Below are positions 35,806 to 47,403 of a DNA stretch of 64,000 bases, one piece after another. The notes below the pieces were generated by a model. That model had not been told where the DNA came from and did not search any database. It saw only the letters and a list, made by a program, of their open reading frames with translations. The position numbers were made by a program, and so were the translations under genes. Location: the NCBI GenBank assembly GCA_026936335.1, contig JAPMXV010000057.1:186001-250000 (forward strand), written 5' to 3'. Each line of letters starts with the position of its first letter. Position 1 is the first letter of the stretch. The DNA comes from Mantamonas sphyraenae STR306. Taxonomy: Eukaryota > Protista > CRuMs.

Positions 35806-38649
35806 TCACTTGCGTTTCAGCGAAAAGTTGCGCAGATTGCTGCAGATTTCAAAGTGCTTCTGCAGGCGGTCCGGCGAAAACTTGCGCTCGCACGAGGGAC
35901 ACACCTTGAGTTCGTCCTGCATGCGTTCAAACATGGTTTTGCGCGGAGCACGTGCAGTCTTGGGCGGCGACGGTCGCTTGGATGAGTTGCCCGATGTGCT
36001 ATTGCTGCTGCGCGAGCCGCCCACGCTCGTGCGTGCTCGTGGGCTCTTGCTTGGCCTCCTCTGTTGTTGTTGTTGTTCCAACTGTTGTGAATTCTGATGC
36101 TGCTGCTGCTGCTGTGCTTCTTTCTCCGCTCGCATGGCGCTGAGGACAACGTTGCCCATGCCGAGGGCGAGGGCCTTGCGCGGCGAACCGCCCGACTGCA
36201 TGGGTGCGTCGTCGCGTACGTCTGGGTCGCTGTCCATCTGAAAGGGAAAGGCAATGTTGCCAGCATGGCCCACGGCACAGCCCATGCCGTGCCTGTCCAT
36301 GCCACTGCAGCACAGCCATCCAAACTCTCCGTACGAAGCTGGATGGTGTCTGCATCCGCTTCGTCGGGCCTCTGTCTGCCTGGGCCAGGCGGTGGAGAAT
36401 TCCTGGTTGCACTCGGCACACTTGCGGACGCCCTGCTGCAACTCAGCCTTGGTGAACCACAGACCGTAGTTGAACGAAGTGGTGTCTGTGTCTGCAGGCA
36501 AGAGGACCACATCCACACGCCCCTGCACCGTCTCGGCGTCTCTCTTGTCCGTTCCCATTGCTTTGCGTTGCCAAGGATCGTACAACATCCAGGATGCGTC
36601 GTCTCCCGATCGCTCTGTGGCTTCCAGGACCTGTGTGAGCACGCGTGCCAGTTCGCCGTCTTCAGGCTCGGTGGCCAGCTTCACACTGGCCACCGGGTCG
36701 TTGCGTCCACCTGTATCCAGATTCCTGCGTGCGTGGTGCCTGTCCTGCATCTCATACACGTGCAGGACAACCTGTTGCTTCTTCTTTGCCTGCCCCTGCT
36801 GCGCACCAGAGTCCCCATCTGCTCCGAAATCCGCACCGCCTGCAGTGCTCTTGCGAGGCGACAGGCGTACGGGGATGCCCGGGCACACCGACTCGTGCTT
36901 GGCAATGCGGTCCTTCGCAAACTTGCGTTTGCACTGGCTGCACTGCTCCAGCTGCGACTTGACTGCCTGCTGCATGCGTTCGCGCAGACTCACTCGTCGT
37001 GTGCCACTCGTGCGTCGCATGTCATCGTTGCTGTTGCCATTGCCGCCACCATCACCGCCACTGCCGCCCATGGTGCCTGGTCGTCGACGCGGGGATGCCC
37101 CTTTGCAAACGCGTTCGTGTTTGGCAATGCGCGAGGGCATAAACTTGCGTGTGCACTTGCTGCATGCAACGAGGTCTGACAAGGACACCTGTTCCTCCTC
37201 CACGGGTGTGCTGCTGGCATCGGCGGTCATCGGACGCAACGCGCGTTCCTCCACCTCCACGCGCAGGGCAGGCGCCGCTGTGGAGCGTTTGTGACGTGGC
37301 ACACTCACATCCGCAATACTGTCTGTCTCTCCTCCACGGCTGTCGTCACCGGTGTCGTCGGATGGCTGCGGCGAAGCAAAGGCGCGACGTGGCGAGCGAG
37401 CTTTGACTTTTGTGCCTTTGCACACGCGCTGGTGTTTGTCGATGCGGTTTGCGTTGAAGGAACGACCACACTTGGAGCAAGGAACCAGTCCATCTTCGTT
37501 GGGTTGCACGACTTCGATGCCCTCGTCCAGGAGGGTCATCTCGTCGCCACCGCCACTGCCGTGATCCAGTGCTGGCAGCTTGACTTCGTCGTGTGGGTTG
37601 CTGCTGCGCGTGGTCGTGCTGCCATTGGAGGATGCTGTGAGGCGTGGCGAGGCAGAGGCAATCACGTGGCAGCCGCGCAGATGCCGTTCGACGCGTTCGT
37701 GGTCGGCAAAGGTGCGGCCGCAGTTGGGACAGGGCACCATCATGTGTGTGTTGTGGATGTTGCGTGCGGCCATGTTGTACTCCTCAAAGTACTCCTCCGA
37801 GTCCTTGGAGGTGGGCACACGCATGTCGGGTGCATCTGGCACGGCGGTGCGTTTCTCCTTGGGCAGCAGCTTCTGTGTCTTTGCTCGCTTTTCCAGGCAC
37901 TGTGGCGTGTGGATGTCGATGCTGGCTGTGCCAAACTCTTGTTGGCACACGTAGCACACCACCATCTTTGGTTTCTTCACCTTGTGATTGGGGCCGTACT
38001 GCCGTGGCGAGGCAATGCTGCCTCCAGACATGACATCGACGCCACCACCCATACCCATACCTGATCCGAGCATGCCACTCCCGTCGCCACATGACCGCAG
38101 GTGCACCAGCATGCGGTCTTGGTCCGAAAAGGTGCGTCCGCAACTGGGACACGGGACCATCGACGCACCCTGATAGATGGCCAACGCCTCTTCGTTGTAT
38201 GCGCTGACGTCCTCCCACGACGGGTTGTTGGACGGGATGGACAGCGACGGCGCCTTGGGCAGCTTGCGGCGCTCGTGTTTGAACAACTGCTTCTGCTTCT
38301 TTTTGAACTTTTGCTTGCACTGCGGGATATGGATGGCCAACGAATTGGTGCCAAACTGCTGACCGCACACGTAGCACGTCAGTGACTTGGGTCCACTGTG
38401 GATGTGTGTGTATGCGCGTGTGAGTGTGCTGAGCCTGCTCCAGCCTCGCCAGTGTCGGCCGGAGGTCGTTTTTGTCGCCAACGTCTGGAAATCCACACGC
38501 GAGAGCAGGCAGCAAGGTGCGCGGGTGTGTGCACGCCACACGGTCACGGCACATCATGAGGGCAACCCGGGGGAGGGAACTCACCGAGGCGACTGGGCAA
38601 CGCCCCAGTTCAGATTCTGGTTGTAGGTGGAGGAGCCAGAAAAGGACAT
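35806..38649 (-). CDS. Multi C2HC zinc-finger protein (ZNF474/ZC2HC1-like) with an extra Cys/His module
   Basis: Exon 38649-38585, then intron 38584-38396. Two CYVCxQxFGTxSxxIHxPQC fingers and repeated CxxCxRxF...RIxKHxxVC fingers. Confidence 0.85.
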
Positions 38650-38762
38650 GGGAACGGAGGGGGACAGAGTTGCGCCAACCACCGTGCATTGAAGCCGACA
38701 CACACACACACACACATTCTCTCACACATCCATTCTCCCTTGGCGGCGGACACAGAGTGCGC

Positions 38763-40295
38763 TCACTTGGTGACCTCGGCGATGCACTTGGCAAGGTAGT
38801 CGACATTGCCCGTGGTGACGCCGGCCATGCTGATGCGGCCGTCACGGGTCATGTAGATGGAGTGGTTCTCACGCAGCGAGTCCACCTGGTCGGCGGTAAG
38901 TCCTGAATAGCAGAACATGCCAATCTGGGAGGTGATGTTGTCCCAGCTGCGGGTGGAGCCGTACTCGTTGACGAGCTTGTCCTTCAGAGTCTGGCGCACG
39001 CTGATGATGCGGTCGGCCATCCCCTTCAGCTCCTTGATCCACAGTTCGCGCAGCTTGGGGTTGCTCATCACCTCGGTGGCAATGCGGGCCGGGTGCACAG
39101 GCGGGCTCGAGTACATGGGACGGATGAGGATTTTCACCTGCGAGTCGACCGCCTTGGCCTCCTCCTTCGTGTTGGCCACCACAGAGAATGCACCGCAGCG
39201 TTGGCCGTACAAGCCCATGTTCTTGGCAAACGACTGGGCCAGCAGCACGTTGTGGCCGTCGTTGACAAACAGACGCAGCATCGCCGCATCGTCGTCCAGG
39301 TTTCCGCTCGCAAAACCCTGGTACGCGCAGTCCACAAGCACTGTGTGGTCACGGTCCTGTGTGGTGGCGTGTGTGTTTGAGTGCGTGTGTGTGTGTGCGT
39401 GTGCGCGTGGACATGCCAGGGTCAGTCGCTTGCAAATCCAGGCAAACCCGGGGCGGGCGCGAAAACGCAGCCTGGGAAAACACGCGGGCGGCCAGAGGGA
39501 CGAAACGTACCTTGCAGACCTGAGACACCTCCTGCCACTGCTCAATGGACGGGTCAATACCCGTCGGGTTGTGTGCGCAGGCGTGGAAGAGGAAATTGCT
39601 CTGCTTCGGAGCGTTTTGGATGTCCTTGATCATGGCCTCAAAGTCCAGGTCCACGGTCTCCGGGTTGTAGTACGCGTACTGCTTGACATTGAGTCCCGAG
39701 TCGCGGAAGATGGGTGTGTGGTTGCCCCAGGACGGCGTGGGCAGGTACAGCTCCTTGCTCGGTGCAAAGCGCTCCAGAAAGGCGCCGGCAAGACGCAGCG
39801 CGCCCGTTCCGGAGAGGGACTGGGCAGACGCGACGCGCCCGTCGTTCAAAGCGCTGTTGTCGGCGCCCAGAGCCAGCTCTGCGGCCAAGCGGGTGAAGTC
39901 GGCCTCGCCACCGATAGGCGCATACTCCATCTTCTGTGCCTTGTCAAAGATGATCTCCTCGGCCTGTGTGTGTGGAAGCGGGAATCGTGTGAGCGGGCCT
40001 GGCTTTCCTGTGATTTCGCCTTGATTTCGGCCTGCCACGTTTGCGTGCACACACGTACCTCACGGACGGCGCTGAGCACATACGGGTTGCCCTTGTCGTC
40101 ACGATAGGCACCCACACCCAGGTTGATCTTGTTTTCGCTGGGGTCTTCCTTGAAGGCCACGGTGATGCCCAGGATGGGATCGGGTGGGCCCATGGGCACG
40201 TCCTGCCACTTGTTGCACACGCTGCCCGTGCTGAAAGCACGCGACACAATCCCGCTGCTCTTGGCTTGCGCTTGCTTCACACTCCTGCTGAACAT
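38763..40295 (-). CDS. GOT2: Mitochondrial aspartate aminotransferase
   Basis: Presequence, then [71 protein letters not shown] and DGRISMAG. Two introns. Confidence 0.97.
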
Positions 40296-40370
40296 GGCGA
40301 ATTCGATTCAGTTGAAGCAGGGCGCGCCTCTGCGTCTTCCCCGCCACTCTTTTGTCCTGTCCTGTGCCAC

Positions 40371-41514
40371 ATGTCCTCCGCCGTGGATGATGGATCGACC
40401 AAGACGGACGACACACAAGCGATGCACCCTCCGCCGCCTCCTCCTCCTGCGGCTGCGCTTCTTGGGGCCACCGCGTCTGCCGGCGGCGGAAAACTTGAGC
40501 GCAAGAGCTCGCTTGCTTTGTCGACGTCGAGTTCGTTCAACGCAGACGTGAGCTTTGGCGTGGATGACTTTGTGGACAATGTGCCCGAGCCTCAGGAGGC
40601 ACCATCCGCCGCCGAGGCAGCCGAACAGATTGAACGCCAGCTGTACAGAGAGTTTGCCGATCGCCAAGATGGCGTCGAGAGCACACAGTAGGTTTGAAAG
40701 GGGCTGCGGTTCAATGGGTGCGCTGGAAAGGAGGCGCGTGGGATGGAACGCGTGTGGTTGAGGATGTTGACACGTCCAGGGTTGCAGTTGGCGATGCTTT
40801 GCAGGACGGGTACCCACGCGTGTGCAGGTGGGACCCAGCTGTGGCGTGGTGGCCATTGCCATGGCGGGTGACTACCTGATGGGAGGGCTGCACTCGGGCT
40901 GGAAGAAAGAAAGTGGGGAATGGGAGGCTGCTGTGGACGATGTGGGGCTGCTGTTCAAAGCGGCTGTGGACGCAGGGTACAGCAACGAGGGTGAGCTGTT
41001 CAGTGCAGTGGATGCGTGTGCGCTGATAAATAGCCACTACCAAGGAGAGGTGTGTGCAGAGGTGCAACGGCGCTGGGACGCGGCAAGTCTGCTGGAATGG
41101 TTTGCCGACGGGGCCGTGGTGCTGATGGGGTACGACTCGGACAGAAACTGCACGCCGTGCTGCAGCAAGGGGGCACGAGCACACTGGGCACTCCTGGTGG
41201 GCTGTGTGGCTGTGTGCAAGGATGCAGACGGTTGCGAGGTTCCACACCCGCTTCCGCAGGACGATGCGGTGCACGTTGAGCATGTGGAGGACGTGTCCGC
41301 ATTGTCTGCATGGGAACCCGCCGATGTGCAGTATGTGGTTGCACGTCATGGCAAGAGCAAACGAACCTGCGTGTGGTCGTTGGACGCTCTGCAGGCCAGC
41401 AACGGAAATCTGAGCACAGGAGCATACGCAAGCAAGGATCCACATCGATGGGTGATCCCGCAAGACCTGGTGGACCTGCGAGATGTGGCCGTCGTGGTCA
41501 GGCGCCCAGGGTGA
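40371..41514 (+). CDS. ACTMAP: Actin maturation protease (C19orf54/UPF0692 family)
   Basis: GPSCGVVAIAMA, NEGELFSA, YDSDRNCTP...AHWALLVG and HGKSK...W...LQASNGNL. Intron at ~40688-40787. Confidence 0.85.
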
Positions 41515-41563
41515 CAAGCAAACCTCTGCATCCTCGTCCGCCCCATCTGCTGCCATCCCAACC

Positions 41564-43656
41564 ATGGCCACCACCGACAGCGCCAGGCTTGACCTGCTGT
41601 CCAACCAATCCCTGGGCCATTATGTCATCCCGTACCAGTGGCCCACCGCCGCGTTGCTGTTTCGCCGAAAGCCAATCGATCAGCTTGTCGATGAAGAGAC
41701 GTAGGTTCTCTTCCGCCACGTGTGGAAGGAGTGTGACCAAATGGAGCGGCATGCGAGTAAATGATGTGGTGCGGGCTTGTGCTCGTGGGTCCATGGAGAG
41801 GCCTGGTGCACTGTCACGTGTGCCCTGGGGCGTTCGTACAAGGTGCCCGCGCGAGAAATACACGCCGTCGTTGCATCGGCGCACAGCTCACACGCGATGC
41901 ATCAACTTGCCATCCCCACACCACAGAGCGGCCACCGACTCTGCCAATCTGGACAAAGATGCAGGCCAGCGCCACACAAGTTCACGTGGCTTGCCCAAGG
42001 TGTTGGGTCCACTCGATCTGATTGCGTACGGCATTGGCTCCACAGTGGGCGCAGGCATCTTTGTGGTCAGCGGTATTGTGGCAGCCCAACAGGCTGGGCC
42101 GGGCATTGTGTTTTCCTTCCTCATGGGTGAGTGTGCAGGCGGATCCATACGCAGAACGAGTGCCCTCCGAAATTGGCTCCTTTTTGCCTCTGCCACTCTC
42201 CTCTCTCCTCCCTCCTCTCTGCCCCTCCTTTCTCACTCCTTGCCTTGCACACACACTCACCCCGTCTCCATTCGAAGCCGCCATTGCTTGTCTGATGAGT
42301 GCGTTCTGCTACTCCGAGTTTGCGTGCCGCATCCCGGTGTCCGGATCGGCGTACACCTTCAGCTACGTGGCACTGGGTGAAGTCGTGGGTTGGTTCGTGG
42401 GATGGAACCTGACGTTGGAGTATGCCATCAGTGCAAGTGCAGTGGCACGCGGCTGGTCGGGATACGTCAGCGCGTTCTTCCACGTGTTTGGCGTTGACCT
42501 CCCATCGTGGCTGACAGGCGAAGGAGGCGATCCCAACGCACTGCTCCAGCCCTCTGTGCTGGCCATGCTCATTGTGATCGTGTGCACGGGTATCATGCTG
42601 TTGGGCGTGCAGGAGAGCGCACGTACAAATCTCATCATCACCGTCGTCAACGTCCTCCTGATCCTGTTTGTGGTTGTCTCCGGCCTGTTTTACATCGATT
42701 CGAGCAACTGGAGCCCGTTTCTGCCCTTTGGATGGAGTGGCGTCTTTCGCGGGGCCGCCACCGTGTTCTTTTCGTTTGTGGGCTTTGACTCGGTGAGCAC
42801 TCTGGCCGAGGAGTGTCGCCGTCCACAGCGCGATCTGCCGCTGGGCATCATTGGTACGCTGGCGTCGGCAACCACGCTGTATGTGGCTGTCTCGCTGGTC
42901 ATCACGGGAATGTCGCCGTACCATTTGATCAACGTGCAGGCGCCGCTCTCGCAGTCCTTTTTCGACAAGGGCGTGCAATGGGCAGGCATTGTGGTTTCCA
43001 TCGGGTCGGTAAGCACGCTGACGGCCACCACACTCTGCTCACTCCTGGGTCAACCTCGTATCTACTATCGCATGGCACGCGACGGCTTGCTGTTCAAGAC
43101 GTTTGGCAAGTTGGACAAGAAGACCGGGGTGCCTGTGACGGGCACGCTGGTGACGGGCGCATTCTCTGCCGTGCTTGCGTTGGTGCTCAATCTCCAAGAC
43201 CTGGCCGACATGATCAGTATCGGCACACTGCTTGCGTTCAGTGTCGTGTGTGCCGGTCTGCTTGTGCTGCGCCATGGCGACGACACACGCCCCACGCACG
43301 CCGCCGCATGGTCCTCGGGCCTCTTGTTTGGCTCCATGCTCACCATGTTCTTGGTGCAGTACAACACGCCCCTGTGGGTATCCATCCCCTGCGGCGTCCT
43401 CTTCATCCTGGTCCCCTTTGTCATGATCGCCCGCATGCCCGTCACCTCGGTGTCCGACTCCTTCAACACACCTCTGTCGCCCGTCACCCCGTTCCTGGGC
43501 ATTCTCATCAACACCTTTCTCATCGCCCAGCTACCCCTCGCCGCTTTTCTTCGTCTCCTGGTGTGGACGGCCATCGGTCTGGCCCTGTACTTTCTCTACG
43601 GCATGCGTCACAGTACACTCAACAACGAGGGATGGATTCAAGCTGACTACGAGTGA
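41564..43656 (+). CDS. Cationic amino acid transporter (APC superfamily, CAT family)
   Basis: GIGSTVGAGIFV, CYSEFACRIPVSGSAYTF, GWNLTLEY, FSFVGFDSV and ISIGTLLAF, with many TM segments. Two introns. Confidence 0.93.
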
Positions 43657-43710
43657 GTCCAGCAGTCGCAAGGACCTGCGCCGCGTGGCCCACCCTGACA
43701 GCAACAAAGC

Positions 43711-45128
43711 ATGTTCACTCGCACCACTCTCCGCACCTCATCGTGCATCAAGAGCGCCTCAGGCGTGGCCACGTCGGCCGCCCCGGCGATGCAGTTCAGC
43801 AAGATTGCCGTGGAGAACCCCGTGGTGGAGTTGGACGGCGACGAGATGACGCGTGTCATCTGGGCCCGTATCAAAGACCGTCTCATCCTGCCCTACCTGG
43901 ATCTGGACATCAAGTATTACGACTTGGGCCTGGAGCATCGCGATGCCACCGACGACCAGGTGACTGTGGACGCCGCACATGCCATCCAGAAGTACAACGT
44001 GGGCATCAAATGCGCGACCATCACCCCCGACGAGGCGCGTGTGGAGGGTGAGTGCACGTGAGAGGGAAACAGGGGTGCCAACGCCGCACGTGTGTACACG
44101 TGCAATGTGACTGACGCCGTATGTACCGTGGACGGGTGTGGGGTGGCACAGAATTTGGCCTGAAAAAGATGTGGCGCTCGCCCAACGGCACGATCCGCAA
44201 CATCCTGGGTGGGACGGTGTTCCGTGCGCCGATCATCTGCGAAAACGTGCCCAAGCTTGTCCCGGGCTGGACACAGCCGATTGTGGTGGCCCGCCATGCG
44301 TTTGGCGACCAGTACCGGGCCACGGACTTTCGTGTGAAGGGAAAAGGAAAGTTCACGGTGTCGTTTGAGAGCGAGGACGGCAGCGAGAACCAGTCGTGGG
44401 AGGTGTTTGACTTTCCCGAGGGTGGAGGAGTGGGCATGGCCATGTACAACACGGAGGAGAGCGTGCGTGACTTTGCACGCGCGTGCATGATGTACGCCGT
44501 CAGCCAGCAGTACCCGCTGTACATGAGCACCAAGAACACCATCCTCAAAGCGTACGACGGCATGTTTATGCAGGTTTTCCAAAAGGTGTACGACGAGGAG
44601 TTTGCGGACGAGTTTGAGGAGCTGGGTCTGTGGTACGAGCACCGCCTCATTGACGACATGGTGGCACAGTGTCTCAAGTCAAACGGCGGCTACGTGTGGG
44701 CTTGCAAGAACTACGACGGCGACGTGCAGAGCGACATTGTGGCTCAGGGCTTTGGGTCGCTGGGCATGATGACGAGCGAGTTGATGTGTCCCGACGGAGT
44801 GACGATGGAGAGCGAGGCCGCGCACGGCACCGTGACTCGCCACTACCGCCAGTACCAGGCGGGCAAGGAGACGTCGACCAACCCGATTGCTTCGATCTTT
44901 GCATGGACGCGTGGCCTGGCCCACCGAGCAAAGCTGGACAAGAACGAGGACTTGGCCCAGTTTGCACGCACGCTGGAGAGCGTGTGCGTGGACAGCGTGC
45001 AAAGCGGTGTCATGACCAAGGATCTGGCCTTGAGCATCTACGGCATGGACAACCTGGAGGGCAACTACAAGAACACGGACGCGTTTATGGACCACCTGAT
45101 CGCCAAGCTGGAGGAGCGCATGATGTGA
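43711..45128 (+). CDS. IDH2: NADP-dependent isocitrate dehydrogenase, probably mitochondrial
   Basis: [43 protein letters not shown] and [10 protein letters not shown]-terminal presequence. Intron ~44049-44151. Confidence 0.96.
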
Positions 45129-45185
45129 TGGTTGAAATTGAACAATGAGGAATGAAGGGGGGTAGGGTCTGCAGCGAGGCGCCAG

Positions 45186-45671
45186 CTAGCCCGTGATGAG
45201 GTCCAGTGTGAGGTGGAACATGGTCCACACGGAGCCGACGCCGATGCGGGCGGCGCAGGCGACGAGGAGGAAGATGATGGCTGTGGATGGAGCCAGCAAA
45301 GTCGATGTGGGCGACATCCACACAGAATCAGGGGTTGTCTTTGGGCCCAGAGCCAGGGTTTCAAACACACCACCCGTCCAAAACGTCGCGATGGCTGCTG
45401 CAAATGCTGCCACTGGCGCAGGGAGCAGAGAGATGCGCAACGGAGTGCTTGCACGCGACAGTGCATAGAGAAACACGAGATGGGTGCATGATTGGAGGAG
45501 AAAGGTTTGTACAAACACGGCGCGCCAGTAAATGGCGCGTCGGTGGGAGAGAGCGGGCAGGTTGATCGCCGTGCTCTGCCGCGAGCCCACGTAGTAGAAC
45601 ACGGCGGACGAGAGGGCATCCCATAGGAGAAGGGAGGCCCAATCTGTCCATGAGAAGGGCCAGGTGGTCAT
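45186..45671 (-). CDS. Small multi-pass membrane protein, unknown function
   Basis: 161-aa ATG ORF with about four hydrophobic segments that fills the IDH-MVD gap. Confidence 0.5.
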   Translation of the reverse strand: MTTWPFSWTDWASLLLWDALSSAVFYYVGSRQSTAINLPALSHRRAIYWRAVFVQTFLLQSCTHLVFLYALSRASTPLRISLLPAPVAAFAAAIATFWTGGVFETLALGPKTTPDSVWMSPTSTLLAPSTAIIFLLVACAARIGVGSVWTMFHLTLDLITG

Positions 45672-45829
45672 GTGGACGGCGCGGCAGAGATGGAAACGAG
45701 GTGTTGGGAGCTCCGGCGCAGCTCAGGAGCGTGAATGGTAGAGGGGTGATGGGCATGGCGGTGGAGATTGGGTTGGGGATTGGATGGAGTGTGTGGTGCC
45801 GTGCGCATGCAGAGGCACCTCGAAAAACA

Positions 45830-47307
45830 ATGGAGTTTACGGCAACGTGTACGGCTCCGGTGAACATTGCAGTGATCAAGTACTGGGGCAAGCGGGACAC
45901 GAAGCTGTTGCTGCCCACCAACGATTCGCTGTCGGGCACGCTGAACCAGGCGGATCTGGCCAGCAAGACGACGGTGCGCGTCTCGTCGTCGCTGGAGGAG
46001 GACTCGATTGTCCTCAACGGCACCAAGGAGTCCATTGAGAACGTGCGCTTGCAGAACGTGCTTGCTGCCGTGCGCGCTCGTGCAGCGGACATTGTGGACG
46101 ACGAGGGCAACGTTGTGTGCACCGGCGAGGAGCTGGCCAAGCTGCACGTGTCGATCGTCTCCGAGAACAACTTTCCCACAGCTGCGGGGCTGGCCTCGTC
46201 GGCGTCGGGCTACGCCTGCTTGGGTATGTTGCCAGTGGGGGAAGAGTGCGGAACAATGGGATTAGAAAGATGAGGAGGCAGGTGTAAGGAGGCATGGCTG
46301 GCAAGCGAGGTTGCTGACACACACACCCACCGGTTCACGGCAGTGTTTACACTTGCCACCGCATTCCAGCTGAAGGAGGCATACCCGGGAGAACTGAGTA
46401 GCATTGCACGCATGGGATCTGGATCTGCATGTCGCTCGCTGTATGGCGGGTTTGTCAAGTGGAACATGGGCTCGCAGGAGGACGGGAGGTGGGTTGTGCG
46501 CATTTCTCAGGAGGAGAGCGCAACGAGCGAAAGATTGACACGGACACACCCACACAACCGCACGGTGGGTATGCGTGTGGACTGACCGGCTGTTGCCATG
46601 GCATTTGCGTTCACAGTGACAGCTACGCGGAGCAGGTGGCCACCGAGGAGCACTGGCCGTTGGAAGTGTTGATCCTGGTGGTGAGCGACAAGAAGAAGAG
46701 CGTGTCGAGCAGCAGTGGAATGCAGCGCACGGTGCAAACGTCGAGTTTGTTCAAGCAGCGCATTGAGGAGGAGGTGCCGAAGCGCATGAAGTTGATGGAG
46801 CAGGCGATTGCCGAGCGTGACTTTCAGACGTTTGGCGAGGTGACGATGCGGGATAGCAATCAGTTCCATGCATTGTGCCAGGACACGTACCCGCCCATCC
46901 GATACATGAACGACGTGTCGCACTCGATTGTGCAGGTGATCACGGCGTACAACGAGGCGTGCGGGGAGATCAAGGCGGCGTACACCTTTGACGCTGGACC
47001 CAACGCAGTGCTGTACCTTCCGCCCGAAAGTGTGCCTGGTGTCCTGCAACTGCTCATGAAGTTCTTCCCAAGTGCCTCGGGCAACGGCGACGAGGACTGG
47101 GAAGCATACTTTCCCAACACCTCGCGAGCAAGTGCCTTGGGCATCGACGACGTGCGTGGGTTGGGTGACCTCGACGCAGAGTTGCTGGAGAAGATGGGAG
47201 CCGTGCCGGACGCTCAGCCCGGAGCCCTGTCGTACATCCTGCACACCAACCTCGGACCTGGAGCGCAAGTGCTGGGCGAGGCTGATGCCGTGACGGTGGA
47301 GGAATGA
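45830..47307 (+). CDS. MVD: Diphosphomevalonate decarboxylase
   Basis: [54 protein letters not shown] and [11 protein letters not shown]. Two introns. Confidence 0.97.
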
Positions 47308-47403
47308 GCGACACCAGGAGAGAGACAGAGAGACAGAGAGTCGGATCCATGAGAGGTGGAGAAATGCAATGCAAGGTGTGCTGCGCTCAGCGAGGCACTC
47401 CGA

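Noticed and set aside
43711-47307. IDH/MVD (with GOT2 and CAT nearby) as a metabolic gene cluster
   Set aside because: Different pathways and compartments; adjacency is explained by general compaction.
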